Translations under genes and position numbers: made by a program
Assembly: GCA_965262775.1 (NCBI GenBank)
Contig: CBDHFT010000006.1
Span: forward strand, 257,325-321,324
Reading direction: 5' to 3'
Length of the DNA stretch: 64,000 nucleotides
DNA from: Alphaproteobacteria bacterium
Lineage (GTDB): Bacteria > Pseudomonadota > Alphaproteobacteria > JASGCL01
In this document: piece after piece, positions 44,034 to 55,354 of the stretch
Layout: each line of letters begins with the position of its first letter
How positions within the stretch are numbered: the first letter of the stretch is position 1
The notes under the pieces: model-generated
What the model was told of the DNA's origin: nothing
Databases searched by the model: none
The model's input: only the letters and a program-made list of their open reading frames with translations

Positions 44034-45905
44034 CTACCGCGTCTTTATTACATCATAAAACTTATCAAAAGACAATAACTCAGGCAGGATTGTTTTACCC
44101 CCCTTGGTATCATAAAAAATGGTCAAGGGGATACCAACCCGATGTTCGTTGGTTAATAGGGTTTCAATCTCTCTGCTTGGTTTTGTCCAATCAGCCAACA
44201 ACAAACGAATATTATTTTCCTTAACCCAAGATAAAAACCTATCCGATGAAAACACCATTTTAGTATTAACCTGACAAGTCAAACACCAATCCGCCGTTAC
44301 CACCAACAATGTTGGTTGCGTTATGGGTGGGTTAAGGCTTGTTGCGGTGAATGCTTCCCAAGGGATATTTTTTTTGTTGGTGGATGGTTGCTGGTAATAA
44401 GCACCGATTAACAATATAGCCAAGACCAGCAAAACAAAATTATTTTTGGTCCAGGGTTTTGATTTACCAAGCAAGCCAAGCAACAACAAGAATGTCAGGC
44501 CGTAGGGCCAGATGCCGAAGTAATTTTTAAGCAACCCCAATATCCAAATAATAATCACCAACAGGGCAAGGGTGATAAGGATGCTCAAAACAAAAAATAA
44601 TAAAATCCGCAGAGGATTTTTTTTATCGCTGTTTTTTACCTTCCCCTTGGATAATAAAATATTGGGGAAAAGCGCCAACCCCCACCAAGGCAAAGCCACC
44701 CCCAAACCCATGACACCAACCAACAGGGGGACGAGTAAGGGTTGAGGCTGATTAAGGGCGAAGGTGAGGCTGACACTCATGAAGGGGGCGAGGCAGGAGG
44801 CCGACAAAATAGCCATGATAAAGCCAAACAAGAAATCCCCCGCCAAGGAATGACGAAACAACGGTCGTCCCATGACAAAATTAAGTACACGGTTTAGGGT
44901 TGCACTGCCTGGCATAAATGAAAAAAAAGAATTGTTTTCGATGATGTGCAAATTTTTGAGCGAGGTAAAAAAGGTCAAGATAAAAAACAACAATAGCGCC
45001 AGCAAAAACCATGGCGATTGGAAATATTGCCCCCAGAAAAATTCCTTTCCCAATAGGCGCAGGCCATAAATGGCCCAACCCAAGCAAACAAAGAAAACAA
45101 ACAAGCCAAGGGCGGTTATGGCAATCGATTGCCTTATTAATTTTGCATCTTGCTGCGCGCCACGCTGTGCCCCATGCTTCCATGTCTTTTGTTGCAGGCT
45201 ATGTATTTTTAACGACAGGGCGGGCAACACACAAGGAAAAATATTGAGGCAAATACCCCCAATCAACGCCAGCAACATATACCACGAAACCTTCGACCAT
45301 ATAGCCAGGGATGATGGATCGGACGGCAGTTTTTTTATCGCCGCGGCAATCGCGGGGTTATTCACGGTGTGATTCATGGGTTCGGCCAAATTATCGGCGG
45401 GGGGAACATTGGCCACCACATGAAAGGTCGCGGGTACGCAAATAATATGGCACACCAAAAATTTCATTTGCAAATCTAACCCCAACGCTTGGCGGGGGTT
45501 GATACGCGTTACCTTGACAGGAAAAATAACCGACCCTTCATAACCATAACTAGGAATCCCCTGGAAGGTAAATTTTTTATCCCGTGGAAATAATATTTCT
45601 AATTTTTGTAAATTGCGCGATAGGCCGTCATCAATATCGGGGGGCAGGCCGCCAGCATTTTCCCGATTGCTATAGGTTTTCCAATTGGGTGCCATATCCA
45701 ATTGCAAGGCAATATATTCTTGGCGCGATGATTCGCCTGCTTGTTTGTCGGTTGCCTCGCTATGGCCAGTTAATAATTGTAAGCGCGCTATGTCGACACC
45801 TTGGGCATCATAAAAAACAGCGTTATCACCAAGCGGGCTAGCCAAAGCGGGGTTAGTAAAGATGATTAGCCATAACCCTATTGTAAAAAAAAGGATTTTC
45901 TTCAT
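44034..45905 (-). CDS. DsbD/ScsB-family thiol:disulfide interchange membrane protein
   Basis: It has a signal peptide, a periplasmic N-domain and a polytopic core with Cys in transmembrane helices (NIFPCVLPAL). A C-terminal thioredoxin-like domain carries WCLTCQ. I prefer the ATG at 45905 (MKKILFF) to the track start at 45923. Confidence 0.8.
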   Translation of the reverse strand: MKKILFFTIGLWLIIFTNPALASPLGDNAVFYDAQGVDIARLQLLTGHSEATDKQAGESSRQEYIALQLDMAPNWKTYSNRENAGGLPPDIDDGLSRNLQKLEILFPRDKKFTFQGIPSYGYEGSVIFPVKVTRINPRQALGLDLQMKFLVCHIICVPATFHVVANVPPADNLAEPMNHTVNNPAIAAAIKKLPSDPSSLAIWSKVSWYMLLALIGGICLNIFPCVLPALSLKIHSLQQKTWKHGAQRGAQQDAKLIRQSIAITALGLFVFFVCLGWAIYGLRLLGKEFFWGQYFQSPWFLLALLLFFILTFFTSLKNLHIIENNSFFSFMPGSATLNRVLNFVMGRPLFRHSLAGDFLFGFIMAILSASCLAPFMSVSLTFALNQPQPLLVPLLVGVMGLGVALPWWGLALFPNILLSKGKVKNSDKKNPLRILLFFVLSILITLALLVIIIWILGLLKNYFGIWPYGLTFLLLLGLLGKSKPWTKNNFVLLVLAILLIGAYYQQPSTNKKNIPWEAFTATSLNPPITQPTLLVVTADWCLTCQVNTKMVFSSDRFLSWVKENNIRLLLADWTKPSREIETLLTNEHRVGIPLTIFYDTKGGKTILPELLSFDKFYDVIKTR

Positions 45906-45923
45906 CAAACAATTCAGCAGCAA

Positions 45924-46370
45924 TTAAAAAGGTTTGGCAATAACCAAAATAAGTATCAGCAATAATAACACTGTCGGCACTTCGTTCAACACACGAAAAT
46001 ATTTTACCGACCTTTTGTTGGTGCCACGTAACAATTGTTTGCGATGGTAAGATAACAAACCATGGACGGCGGTTAAAATTATCACCAGTCCCAATTTACC
46101 ATGCAACCAACCATCGCGCGCAAAACCACCCGCAAACATCAAATGCAACCCCGTTAAAATAGCGACAATCATGGCGGGGTTGATAATAATGCGTAACAAA
46201 CGGCGTTCCATAATAGCCAGGGTTTGGGCGACTTCGCCCTTTGCGCCGCCTTTGTTTTTAAGGTTGGCACCAGCATGATAAACATAAAGCCGCGGCAGGT
46301 AAAACATGCCCGCCATCCAGGCGAAAACGCTAAATACGTGAATGATTTTGATAATAACCAGGCTATTCAT
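45924..46370 (-). CDS. hemJ: Protoporphyrinogen IX oxidase, HemJ type
   Basis: The 148-aa product has four transmembrane helices and the motif IHVFSVFAWMAGMFYLPRLYVYH. It lies directly downstream of hemE. Confidence 0.8.
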   Translation of the reverse strand: MNSLVIIKIIHVFSVFAWMAGMFYLPRLYVYHAGANLKNKGGAKGEVAQTLAIMERRLLRIIINPAMIVAILTGLHLMFAGGFARDGWLHGKLGLVIILTAVHGLLSYHRKQLLRGTNKRSVKYFRVLNEVPTVLLLLILILVIAKPF

Positions 46371-46391
46371 GATATTTATTTTTTTTAGGTT

Positions 46392-47450
46392 TTAAGAAAA
46401 ATTCTTTACCAAATTTACCAATGTTGCCACATTCTCTATGGGGGTTTCTTTGTCAATACCATGTCCCAAATTGAAAATATAGCTGTTATTTTTCATGTCA
46501 TGTAGCAGTTGGCTGGCGGCGTCAACCATGGCTTTGCCACCCTGGCGTAATAAATGGGGATCGAGGTTACCCTGAAGGATGACATGGGGCGGTAATTTTT
46601 TTTGCATCTGCGCCATGTTTTGATGATGGTCAAGGGCGATAACCCGCGCCTTGGTATGATGTTGATAAGTTGGAATATCGGCAATACCCTTTGGGAAGCA
46701 AATGATATTGCCAGCCAAGGCATCGATAATTTTTTGATGGGGATTATAAAGCGCGGTGGTTAGGAGGTTGGGTGGAATAAGCCCCGCCCAGCTGTCAAAA
46801 ATTTTTACTATATCCGCCCCCGCGGTTTTTTGGGCTTGCAAAAAAACAATGACGGCGGTGGTTAATATATCCATTATTTTTTCAAAATCGGCGGGGCGAT
46901 TTTTTGCAAAATCCACCGCTTGCGAAAAATGGGCGGACGATCCCCCTTCAACCATGTAACAAAACAATGTCCATGGCGCGCCGACAAACCCTATCAAGTC
47001 TTTATCGCGTGATAATTGTTGCCTTGTTTGCGCAATACTGCTTAATAACGGCGCAAGTTTTTTTAAAAATATTTCTTTTGTTTCTGTATCGAACCCTCGC
47101 GATAAAATGGCGGGTAATTGTTCGGGGTTAAGGCGCGGCCCTTCACCCGTGGTGAATTGCAGATCCATCCCCAGCCCCAGGGGGACAACCAAAATATCAG
47201 AAAAAATAATCGCCGCCGACAAATCAAAACGGCGCAGGGGTTGGAGGGTTACCTCCACCGCCCATTCGGGGTTAAAACATAAATTGAGGAACGAGCCAGC
47301 CTTTTCCCGCAAGGCACGGTATTCGGGTAAATAACGCCCCGCCTGGCGCATCAACCAAATGGGCGGGGTGGTGGAGGATGGCGCACCATGCCCCCCAGGG
47401 GAAGGGGCAGCAGCCTGCGTTGCTAATAATTTTGTGATGGCGCCCGTCAT
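46392..47450 (-). CDS. hemE: Uroporphyrinogen decarboxylase
   Basis: The PIWLMRQAGRYLPEY motif is present in a 352-aa product. Confidence 0.93.
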   Translation of the reverse strand: MTGAITKLLATQAAAPSPGGHGAPSSTTPPIWLMRQAGRYLPEYRALREKAGSFLNLCFNPEWAVEVTLQPLRRFDLSAAIIFSDILVVPLGLGMDLQFTTGEGPRLNPEQLPAILSRGFDTETKEIFLKKLAPLLSSIAQTRQQLSRDKDLIGFVGAPWTLFCYMVEGGSSAHFSQAVDFAKNRPADFEKIMDILTTAVIVFLQAQKTAGADIVKIFDSWAGLIPPNLLTTALYNPHQKIIDALAGNIICFPKGIADIPTYQHHTKARVIALDHHQNMAQMQKKLPPHVILQGNLDPHLLRQGGKAMVDAASQLLHDMKNNSYIFNLGHGIDKETPIENVATLVNLVKNFS

Positions 47451-47468
47451 GTTATTATCGGTAATATT

Positions 47469-48545
47469 TTATTGTAATTGGCTTATTATTTTTTTGGCGA
47501 TGGATAAAAAAATATGCCCTTCGGGTGTGGTATCTTTTTTATCCAACAATGGCTTGCCGCTGTCGGATGCGATTCGTAGGTTTTTTGTCAGCGGCAATTC
47601 GCCGAGGAAAGGAATGCCATGTTGCATGGCTTCGGCCTTGGCACCGCCGCGGGCAAAAATATCATGTTCGGTTTGGCAATGGTCGCATATAAAATAAGCC
47701 ATGTTTTCTATCAAACCCAAAATTGGGATATTCAATTTTTGAAACATGGCGATAGCTTTTTTAGCATCCAGCAGTGCCAGGTCTTGCGGCGTTGAAACCA
47801 CCACCGCCCCCGCAAGGGGGACCCGTTGGATAAGGGTTAATTGTGCGTCGCCCGTGCCTGGCGGTAAATCAACCACCATGATGTCGCGCCCCCCCAGCAC
47901 ACTGCCCCAAGCGGTTTTGAATAACAATTGGGTAAGGGCACTCATCACCATCGGCCCGCGCCAAATGGTTGGCTGATTATCCTCTAATAAAAAACCGATT
48001 GAGTTTATTTCCAAATCAAAAGCGGTGAGTGGCACCATCATGCCCGCCGCGTCGCTGTTTGGTTTTTTCCCCGTCAACCCCGCCAACAATGGAACCGATG
48101 GGCCATAAATATCGGCATCAAGCAACGCAACTTTTTTTCCTAAAATACTCAATGCCAGGGCAAGGTTAAAGGCGGTGGTCGATTTGCCAACCCCGCCCTT
48201 ACCCGATGCCACGGCAATAATCTGTTTAACCTGCGGAATGGGTTTTTGCTCGGTGAATGGATTTTGCGGGGTGATAGCCTTCGCCGCGGGTCGCGCCGTG
48301 CTGATAATCACCATTGTTTTTTTGACGCCTGGTATTTTTTTTAATTTTTCTTCCAGGATAGGTTTTAACGCTTGGTAGCCCGCCAGCAATTTTTTATTAT
48401 CGTTGGGGATTTCTAATATCAACTGCGCCGTTTCATCTTGGATTTGGCTTTTAACCACAATGTTCGCGGTGATAAGTTCTGCCCCATCGGGGGTTTTTAC
48501 ACCGCGTAATATTTTTTCAAAACTTGGCAGGAGTGGCGACAACAT
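47469..48545 (-). CDS. Mrp/NBP35/ApbC-family Fe-S cluster carrier ATPase
   Basis: It has the deviant Walker [13 protein letters not shown] and the C-terminal motif CDHC. Confidence 0.9.
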   Translation of the reverse strand: MLSPLLPSFEKILRGVKTPDGAELITANIVVKSQIQDETAQLILEIPNDNKKLLAGYQALKPILEEKLKKIPGVKKTMVIISTARPAAKAITPQNPFTEQKPIPQVKQIIAVASGKGGVGKSTTAFNLALALSILGKKVALLDADIYGPSVPLLAGLTGKKPNSDAAGMMVPLTAFDLEINSIGFLLEDNQPTIWRGPMVMSALTQLLFKTAWGSVLGGRDIMVVDLPPGTGDAQLTLIQRVPLAGAVVVSTPQDLALLDAKKAIAMFQKLNIPILGLIENMAYFICDHCQTEHDIFARGGAKAEAMQHGIPFLGELPLTKNLRIASDSGKPLLDKKDTTPEGHIFLSIAKKIISQLQ

Positions 48546-48642
48546 TTTTTATGGCAATAGTTACGATGCAGATGATTAATATCGGGATAGGATTCAACAT
48601 AGCAAATTCTTTGCTACGGCGCATGTCATTTTTATTTGCGCC

Positions 48643-49944
48643 CTAACGGCTGGCCATGACAAATGGATCTTCGACCATAATCATATCATCGCGTTCGGGG
48701 CTGGTGGAAAGCAAGGTAATGGGGCGGGTGGTTAGCTCTTCCAACCGCTTAACATATTTAACAGCGTTGGCGGGCAGGTCGCGAAAATTCCTGGTGCCTT
48801 TTGTCGAATCTTGCCAACCCGCCATGGTTTCATAAATGGGTTTGGCGCGCGCCTGCAAATGGGGGGATGCTGGCAAATAATCGTAAGTTTTACCATCAAT
48901 CTCGTAACCAATGCCTATTGATAATTCATCCATACCATCCAGCACATCCATCTTGGTTAATACCAAACCATGGATGCCAGCAATTTTGCAAGATTGCCTC
49001 ACCATCACCGCGTCAAACCAACCGCAACGTCTTTTGCGTCCCGTGACGGTGCCAAATTCTCGGCCCTTCTGCCCCAATAATTCCCCCGTCGCATCCATCA
49101 ATTCGGTGGGGAAGGGGCCACTGCCGACTCGCGTTGAATAGGCCTTAACGATCCCCAAACAATAGCTGTGGAACGCCGCCCCCAGCCCCGAACCCAATAT
49201 GGCATTGCCCGCCGCGGTGGAGGAGGAGGTAACAAAAGGATACGTGCCGTGGTCAATATCCAACCACAATCCTTGTGCCCCTTCGAATAGGATTTTCTTT
49301 TGCGCTTCATCGGCCTTGTCTAACTCGCGCCATACGGGCTTAACAAATGGCAGGATGATTTTAGCCTGCTCCAAAAGGGTGGACAACATTTCATCAACCG
49401 CGGGGTAGACCAACTTCATGGCCGAGAGGAAAATTTTGTGATGTTCGAGCAAGGCCTTCAGTTGGTTTTTTAATTCATCAGGGTTATTCAAATCCCCCAC
49501 GCGAATGGCGCGGCGTGCGACCTTGTCTTCATAGGCTGGGCCAATGCCGCGCCCCGTGGTGCCAATTTTGTTGATACCCATTTCGTTTTCGCGTGCCTTG
49601 TCTATCAATGGGTGGATGGGCAATATCAACACTGCATTTTCGGCTATCATAAAATTATCGGGGGTGATGCTCACGCCCCTTTTTTTTAATCCATCCATTT
49701 CGTTAATCAACGCCGTCGGATCGATAACCACGCCGTTGCCAATAACCGCCATTTTGTTTTTGCGTAAAATGCCCGATGGCAACAATGATAATTTGTATTC
49801 TTGGTTGCCAATCATCAGGGTATGGCCAGCATTATGCCCGCCCTGAAACCTCACAACATAATCGGCGCGGTCAGAAAGCCAATCGACAACTTTGCCTTTG
49901 CCTTCATCGCCCCACTGCGCACCCATAACAATAACTGACGGCAT
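48643..49944 (-). CDS. purA: Adenylosuccinate synthetase
   Basis: [11 protein letters not shown] and GGHNAGHT motifs are present in a 433-aa product. Confidence 0.97.
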   Translation of the reverse strand: MPSVIVMGAQWGDEGKGKVVDWLSDRADYVVRFQGGHNAGHTLMIGNQEYKLSLLPSGILRKNKMAVIGNGVVIDPTALINEMDGLKKRGVSITPDNFMIAENAVLILPIHPLIDKARENEMGINKIGTTGRGIGPAYEDKVARRAIRVGDLNNPDELKNQLKALLEHHKIFLSAMKLVYPAVDEMLSTLLEQAKIILPFVKPVWRELDKADEAQKKILFEGAQGLWLDIDHGTYPFVTSSSTAAGNAILGSGLGAAFHSYCLGIVKAYSTRVGSGPFPTELMDATGELLGQKGREFGTVTGRKRRCGWFDAVMVRQSCKIAGIHGLVLTKMDVLDGMDELSIGIGYEIDGKTYDYLPASPHLQARAKPIYETMAGWQDSTKGTRNFRDLPANAVKYVKRLEELTTRPITLLSTSPERDDMIMVEDPFVMASR

Positions 49945-49956
49945 GTTTTTTGTCCC

Positions 49957-50967
49957 CTAATCTGATTGTCGTTGTTGGTTGATGATGGAAGGTTTAATCA
50001 TGGGGAGGAGATTGTCAAGGTATAATGAAAAACCGACAGCCTCTTCACCGTTTGATGTTACTTGATAATGCCCGCCGCGTCCAATGGTGCTTTTGTTAAC
50101 CTTATCAAATAATGTGAAAGCATAGCCTGTTTTGTAATCAAAACCTAATAATTCGGTGGGGTCAATAGAAAGGGTGGGGGGCATGGTAAGTTGCGAACTA
50201 GTCGCCATGGCCGATTCGACCAATTCAATAAATGCCGTTACCGATTCCCCAATCAGCTTATCCCCGCTATAATTTTTTAATTGGGGTAAGACGTCCGCCG
50301 CCAAGCCCGTGGTGGTGAGGAGGGCAGCAAGCCCGTCGAGGTTTTTATTTTTCATGGCGAGCAGTGATGCCACGTCCTTGTGGCGAACGTAATTTTCCGC
50401 CAATATTTTTTCTTGGCTATCAAGTTTGTCCAACATGGCGCGGGTTGCCACGGGCAAGGCCAAATCGCACCACAGGGGACGGGCGAGGATATCATCCAAA
50501 GCGGCGAACAATGTTTCTAATATCAGCAGATTTTGTTTGTTGTGTTTGATGCCAATAATTTCGACGCCAACTTGGGTTAATTGGCGTTTGCCGTTGATGG
50601 GCTGTTGGCTCACAATATCGCCGCCATAACATAATTTCAAAGGCCGCGGCCGATGCGCCAATTTATCAGCGGCAATACGCGCCACCCCCGCCGTCATGTC
50701 GGCGCGCACCACCAGCGATTTGCCCGATGTCGGGTCAAAACTAGCAAAGGAATTATCCGCAACCCCCGCACCCACCACGGCGGATAGAGAGGAAGTATAT
50801 TCGATTAACGGCGGGTCGATAAAATCATAACCATGGTTGTAAAAAAACCTTAATAAATGCCCCATGACTTCCTGCCTGGCGAAGGCGACGGGGGGTAGCC
50901 TATCCTCTATCCCCTCGGGCAGGGGGCGCGGCAAATTGGTCGAGGGACTGCTGTTAGAACTTGTCAT
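49957..50967 (-). CDS. hisZ: ATP phosphoribosyltransferase regulatory subunit (HisRS paralog)
   Basis: The class II aaRS-like core lacks an anticodon-binding domain. The N-terminus reads LPEGIEDRLPP, and the product is 336 aa. Confidence 0.75.
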   Translation of the reverse strand: MTSSNSSPSTNLPRPLPEGIEDRLPPVAFARQEVMGHLLRFFYNHGYDFIDPPLIEYTSSLSAVVGAGVADNSFASFDPTSGKSLVVRADMTAGVARIAADKLAHRPRPLKLCYGGDIVSQQPINGKRQLTQVGVEIIGIKHNKQNLLILETLFAALDDILARPLWCDLALPVATRAMLDKLDSQEKILAENYVRHKDVASLLAMKNKNLDGLAALLTTTGLAADVLPQLKNYSGDKLIGESVTAFIELVESAMATSSQLTMPPTLSIDPTELLGFDYKTGYAFTLFDKVNKSTIGRGGHYQVTSNGEEAVGFSLYLDNLLPMIKPSIINQQRQSD

Positions 50968-51232
50968 GAAGGTGAGAGATGAAAGAATGTAGGCGAAGTA
51001 TAAAAATGCTTAAAGGAAAACGAGTAATCGATAATATGATAACAGCAACAACCGTTCATAATAAATAATCACCAAAATTGCAATCGGGTTTGCGAACTTA
51101 ACCATCAAGAGGTGCTTTTTATCAAGCAAACCAGGGTTAATAACAATCTTTGCAGATTTTACTTGCGTTAATTTTAATAAAAATCTATAAGTATCAATCA
51201 CAAAGCGGGACGGATAAGGGCAAGACGAAGAG

Positions 51233-52285
51233 ATGGTCATAGCCGCCTATAAGGTCGGGTCAACCGCGGTAAAATTATGTCAGCAAGCTATACCTCAGAA
51301 ATTTTATCAATTTTCTGAGTTGGCGGACAGGGACAGCTTGTTGCAGGATAAAAACTTTGAGACTTTGCTGTTGCTAGACAGCAAGGAAAATAAGTTTGTT
51401 AACTTGGTTGATTTCATTGTAAGTTTAGAAAAAGCGGGTGAAAACCTGCCCGCCGCTGCATCATCATTGTTTTGGCAGGCTGGCTTTGACACGCCGCTGG
51501 GTTCCATCGGTTTGTTGGGCACGGCCATTGCGCAGGCACCAACCTTGGGTGATGGCCTGGGCATGTTGCAACGTTATTTTTATCTTGTTCAAGATGTCAG
51601 CGATATTTGTTTGGTCGTCAATAATGATGTAGCAAAACTTAGCTACCGCATCCTTGACCATGCTATTTGGCCACGCCGCCGCAACAGCGAATTCATGCTG
51701 GGGCTATTGGCGGGGTTGATTTATCGTTATGTTGGCACAAGAGAAATGCCAAAATGTAATATTTACTTCGAACATAAAAAGGGAAAAGAGAATCTGGCCC
51801 ATGTGGATTCGCCCTATTATGAAATACATTACGGACATGATGTTAACGCCATTGTTTTTCCTGCGCGGCTGCTTAGCCTTCCTTCGCCGTCAAGTACAGG
51901 GAGCAATTCAAATTATGCCGACGTTATAAAAAATATTAACAAAGAAGCTTCTTTTTATAATCATCAAAAACCCATGTCGATAAGGGTGGCGCATAAATTG
52001 TTGCAAGGTATCAACAAAAAAAATATTAACCAAAAAGAAATTGCCAGCGCGCTTGGCACAACGTCGCGCACCATGCACCGTAAATTGCTGGCGGAGAGTA
52101 AGAGTTTTAAATCTATCTTGGAGGATTGCCGTAAAAACCAGGCATTATTTGAGATTGCAGTGCGGAAAGAAAAATCATTGGCAGAAATTGCTGTGGCCTT
52201 GGGTTATTCTGAACATAGCACCTTCACCCGTGCTTTCCAAAAATGGTTCGGGCGTAGTCCAAGAAAATTTTTGGCAATGCAGTAG
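51233..52285 (+). CDS. AraC-family transcriptional regulator
   Basis: The C-terminal double HTH region ends in LGYSEHSTFTRAFQKWFGRSPRKF. The N-terminal ~230 aa form a ligand or dimerisation region. Confidence 0.85.
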   Translation: MVIAAYKVGSTAVKLCQQAIPQKFYQFSELADRDSLLQDKNFETLLLLDSKENKFVNLVDFIVSLEKAGENLPAAASSLFWQAGFDTPLGSIGLLGTAIAQAPTLGDGLGMLQRYFYLVQDVSDICLVVNNDVAKLSYRILDHAIWPRRRNSEFMLGLLAGLIYRYVGTREMPKCNIYFEHKKGKENLAHVDSPYYEIHYGHDVNAIVFPARLLSLPSPSSTGSNSNYADVIKNINKEASFYNHQKPMSIRVAHKLLQGINKKNINQKEIASALGTTSRTMHRKLLAESKSFKSILEDCRKNQALFEIAVRKEKSLAEIAVALGYSEHSTFTRAFQKWFGRSPRKFLAMQ

Positions 52286-52327
52286 GTTGCAAAATTGCCG
52301 CCGTGGTTTTTTATGTTGCTAACCGTT

Positions 52328-53110
52328 TTATGATTTAAGCCCGTAACCCCTGCGCAATGCCAACCAGGTGATGGCAAAGCTGATAACCGCTAAGATAGAC
52401 CATATAATATAACTGTAAGGAATGGGGTTGGAATCAAGGAACCATAATTGCCGAATGGTATATTGCAATTGGTAAAAGGGATTCCATTCCATAAGAAAAC
52501 GATATTTTTCGGGCAGGGCGGTGGCATCAAAAAAACTACCCGATAACATAAACAGCGGAAAGATAATGGTGTTATCCCATTTGGAAATATCATTCCAACG
52601 TTTCGCGTTCAGCATCATAAAAAAACCCATGCAGCCCAAAAATATCATGACAAGCATCAGCAGCAGTAAGCCAAGCAATAAGGCGGATAAAGAAGGCAGC
52701 GGGATGCCCAAAAAAAATAATAAAATCAGGACAGGTAGCGAAGAAAGAAAAGCACTTTGCATTTCTTCTACCAACACAGAACCCAACCATAGCCAGGATG
52801 GCAGGGGGCTCATCATGTAATTTTCTAAAACCCGTTCTAATTTATAAAACATCAAATTATGGGCAACGCCAAAATAAGAACGGGTGATGGCCGCCATAAC
52901 CCACAGCCCGACGCCAATGACAAAAAGCCTGTTGGTTTGATAAACATCGCTCTGCCCCGTGCCGATGATGGAAAAAACGGCTAACATCAGCATGGCGTTG
53001 ATGGAATCGATACATGTCCATACATAGGCACGCCGTAGGTTGGTGAGAGCGTTTTTGTAAAGCGTGCCGAACGCAACCCACAGATAATTTTTTTTTAACA
53101 ATTTCGTCAT
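52328..53110 (-). CDS. ABC-2 type transporter permease
   Basis: The 260-aa product has six predicted transmembrane segments with ABC-2 family-like topology. It follows a second permease gene. Confidence 0.6.
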   Translation of the reverse strand: MTKLLKKNYLWVAFGTLYKNALTNLRRAYVWTCIDSINAMLMLAVFSIIGTGQSDVYQTNRLFVIGVGLWVMAAITRSYFGVAHNLMFYKLERVLENYMMSPLPSWLWLGSVLVEEMQSAFLSSLPVLILLFFLGIPLPSLSALLLGLLLLMLVMIFLGCMGFFMMLNAKRWNDISKWDNTIIFPLFMLSGSFFDATALPEKYRFLMEWNPFYQLQYTIRQLWFLDSNPIPYSYIIWSILAVISFAITWLALRRGYGLKS

Positions 53111-53129
53111 GGCGTGGCGATTCGAAAGA

Positions 53130-53948
53130 TTAACTTTTTAAACGAAAGCCCGACCTAATCACCAACCAAGAAATAATGGCCAAAGTAAAATTAATAATGA
53201 AAATAATAATCATGCTTAATTCAAGCGCGGTATCCGATATGCCCAAAAACCCATGACGGAAACCATCGATAATAAAAAAGAAAGGATCGGCATGGGCAAT
53301 TTTTTGTAGCATGGGGTGCAAACCCTGCACCGAATAAAATGTGCCGCTTAAAAAAATCAGTGGCGTGACAATAAAATTGGTGAAGGCGTTCATGTGGTCA
53401 AATTTTTGCGCCAAAATGCCGCATAATAGGCCAAGGTTGGCCATCCATAGCGAACCCATCAAAGCAAAATAAATAATAATCAACCAGTTGGCTTGGGTAG
53501 GAGAAATAAAAAACAGCAGCGGCAACAAACTGGCACCGCCGACCAACATACCGCGCGTCATGCCCGACAACAAAAACCCCGCGGTCATTTCAAATGGCGT
53601 GATGGGCGACAGCAAGAGGTCAACGAAGGCCCCTTGAATCTTTGAAATTAATATCGCGGATGACACCGAGGCAAAGGCATTTTGCATGATGGTCATCATG
53701 ATAATACCAGGGGCGAGAAAATTCTTGGTTTCTTGAAAAACCGCGGGGTCGGTGTTGGTTTTTAAAGCCAGCGAAAAAACAGTGAAGTAAAGCAGGTTGG
53801 TTACCGATGGCGCCACCAAGGTTTGCGCCGCAATATTTAAAAAGCGACGACATTCTTTAACATACAACGTATAAAGTCCTATCCAATTTATTCCGCGATG
53901 GAACATTGGTGGTTGTAATTTACCAAAGCGAGATCCCATATCTGACAT
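53130..53948 (-). CDS. ABC-2 type transporter permease (YadH-like)
   Basis: The 272-aa polytopic protein has an ABC-2-like pattern. No ATPase gene is adjacent. Confidence 0.65.
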   Translation of the reverse strand: MSDMGSRFGKLQPPMFHRGINWIGLYTLYVKECRRFLNIAAQTLVAPSVTNLLYFTVFSLALKTNTDPAVFQETKNFLAPGIIMMTIMQNAFASVSSAILISKIQGAFVDLLLSPITPFEMTAGFLLSGMTRGMLVGGASLLPLLFFISPTQANWLIIIYFALMGSLWMANLGLLCGILAQKFDHMNAFTNFIVTPLIFLSGTFYSVQGLHPMLQKIAHADPFFFIIDGFRHGFLGISDTALELSMIIIFIINFTLAIISWLVIRSGFRLKS

Positions 53949-54016
53949 GATTTAGGGTTATCATGTTGCCAATAAAATAGCAATCTTATAAAAATATTAA
54001 GCCCGCCAGGGTAGAA

Positions 54017-55195
54017 CTAATGTTTAAAACCATCCACCAGGTCAAGTTTTTCCCAAGGGAACAACCCGTCTTTTGCATCGCGGCCGAAGTGGCCATAACT
54101 GCTGGTTGGTACGTAAATAGCACGGTGCAGATTTAATTTTTCACGGATGCCCCAAGGTGAAAGATTGACCAAGCTGTCTATCTTGGCAACGATTTTCTCT
54201 TCGCTTACCTTACCCGTGCCGTAGGTGTTGACATAAACCGAAAGGGGTTTGGCAACGCCGATGGCGTAGGAAATTTGAATGGCGCATTTATCACATAAAC
54301 CCGCCGCCACAATATTTTTTGCCAAATAACGCGCGGCGTAGGCCGCCGAACGGTCGACCTTGCTGGGGTCTTTACCCGAAAAAGCACCGCCACCGTGGGG
54401 CGCGGCACCGCCATAAGTATCGACAATAATTTTTCGCCCAGTCAAACCCGCATCGCCATCGGGGCCGCCGATAACAAAATTCCCTGTCGGGTTGATATAA
54501 ATTTCATCATTGCCTGGCATCCAACCCTTGGGCAATATTTTTTCGATATGCGGCATGACAATATCGCGCACTTGCTTTTGGGTTAACCCAGCGTCATGTT
54601 GCGTGGAAACCACGATGGAGGTTGCCTTGACGGGTTTGCCCCCGTCATAAAGCAAGGTCACTTGGCTTTTGGCGTCGGGGCCCAAGCCCGAATTGCCCGC
54701 ACGGCGAAATTCGCTGAGCGATTTTAAAATACGGTGAGAATAATCCAATGTGGCGGGCATGAGGGCAGCCGTTTCGTTGGTGGCGTAGCCAAACATGATA
54801 CCTTGGTCGCCCGCGCCCTCCTGGTTTTTATCGCTGTTATCAACGCCGCGTGCAATATCGGCCGATTGACTATGAAGCAGATTTTCGAATTTCAAATTTT
54901 TCCAATGGAAGCCATCTTGTTCATAACCAATGTCCTTCACCGCGTTGCGCACCGCCGCCTCAATCTCTTTCGCCAGGGCAGGGTTGGTATCAACCAATTT
55001 ACCATTTTCCAAATTGGATAATTTGATTTCACCAGCAATAACAACGCGTTGCGTGGTTGCCAATGTTTCGCACGCCACCCGCGCGTATTTTTCCTTGGCA
55101 ATGAATAGATCTAATACTTCATCAGAAATGCGGTCGCATATTTTATCGGGGTGCCCCTCGGATACTGACTCGCTGGTAAAAAGATAATGGCTCAT
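54017..55195 (-). CDS. metK: S-adenosylmethionine synthase
   Basis: Motifs [22 protein letters not shown] and GGGAFSGKD are present. Confidence 0.98.
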   Translation of the reverse strand: MSHYLFTSESVSEGHPDKICDRISDEVLDLFIAKEKYARVACETLATTQRVVIAGEIKLSNLENGKLVDTNPALAKEIEAAVRNAVKDIGYEQDGFHWKNLKFENLLHSQSADIARGVDNSDKNQEGAGDQGIMFGYATNETAALMPATLDYSHRILKSLSEFRRAGNSGLGPDAKSQVTLLYDGGKPVKATSIVVSTQHDAGLTQKQVRDIVMPHIEKILPKGWMPGNDEIYINPTGNFVIGGPDGDAGLTGRKIIVDTYGGAAPHGGGAFSGKDPSKVDRSAAYAARYLAKNIVAAGLCDKCAIQISYAIGVAKPLSVYVNTYGTGKVSEEKIVAKIDSLVNLSPWGIREKLNLHRAIYVPTSSYGHFGRDAKDGLFPWEKLDLVDGFKH

Positions 55196-55255
55196 AAAAA
55201 ATATTCCCCTATTGGTTTGTTTTTAGGATAATTTGTGCAAATATAATTTCGCGCT

Positions 55256-55284
55256 ACCATAGGTAAAAGAACTAACCACGTCAA
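55256..55284 (-). promoter_or_regulatory. Candidate sigma70-type promoter of metK
   Basis: On the minus strand, TTGACG (55284-55279) and TATGGT (55261-55256) are separated by 17 nt. The element lies about 60 nt upstream of the metK ATG. Confidence 0.4.
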
Positions 55285-55296
55285 GCCAAAAAACAT

Positions 55297-55350
55297 AAAA
55301 AAAAAGCCACCGACAAATTGCCCGTAAAGCAACATAGTCGATGGCCTTTT
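55297..55350 (-). terminator. Rho-independent terminator after the HU gene
   Basis: On the minus strand, GCCATCGAC pairs with GTCGGTGGC in a 9-bp stem with one G-U pair. A run of nine T residues follows. Confidence 0.8.
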
Positions 55351-55354
55351 TGAT

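Noticed and set aside
55196-55296. A possible SAM riboswitch in the metK leader.
   Set aside because: The leader after the candidate promoter is only about 60 nt, AT-rich and without obvious paired segments. I cannot match it to a SAM-II, SAM-V or SAM/SAH motif by eye. An Infernal scan would be needed to exclude one.
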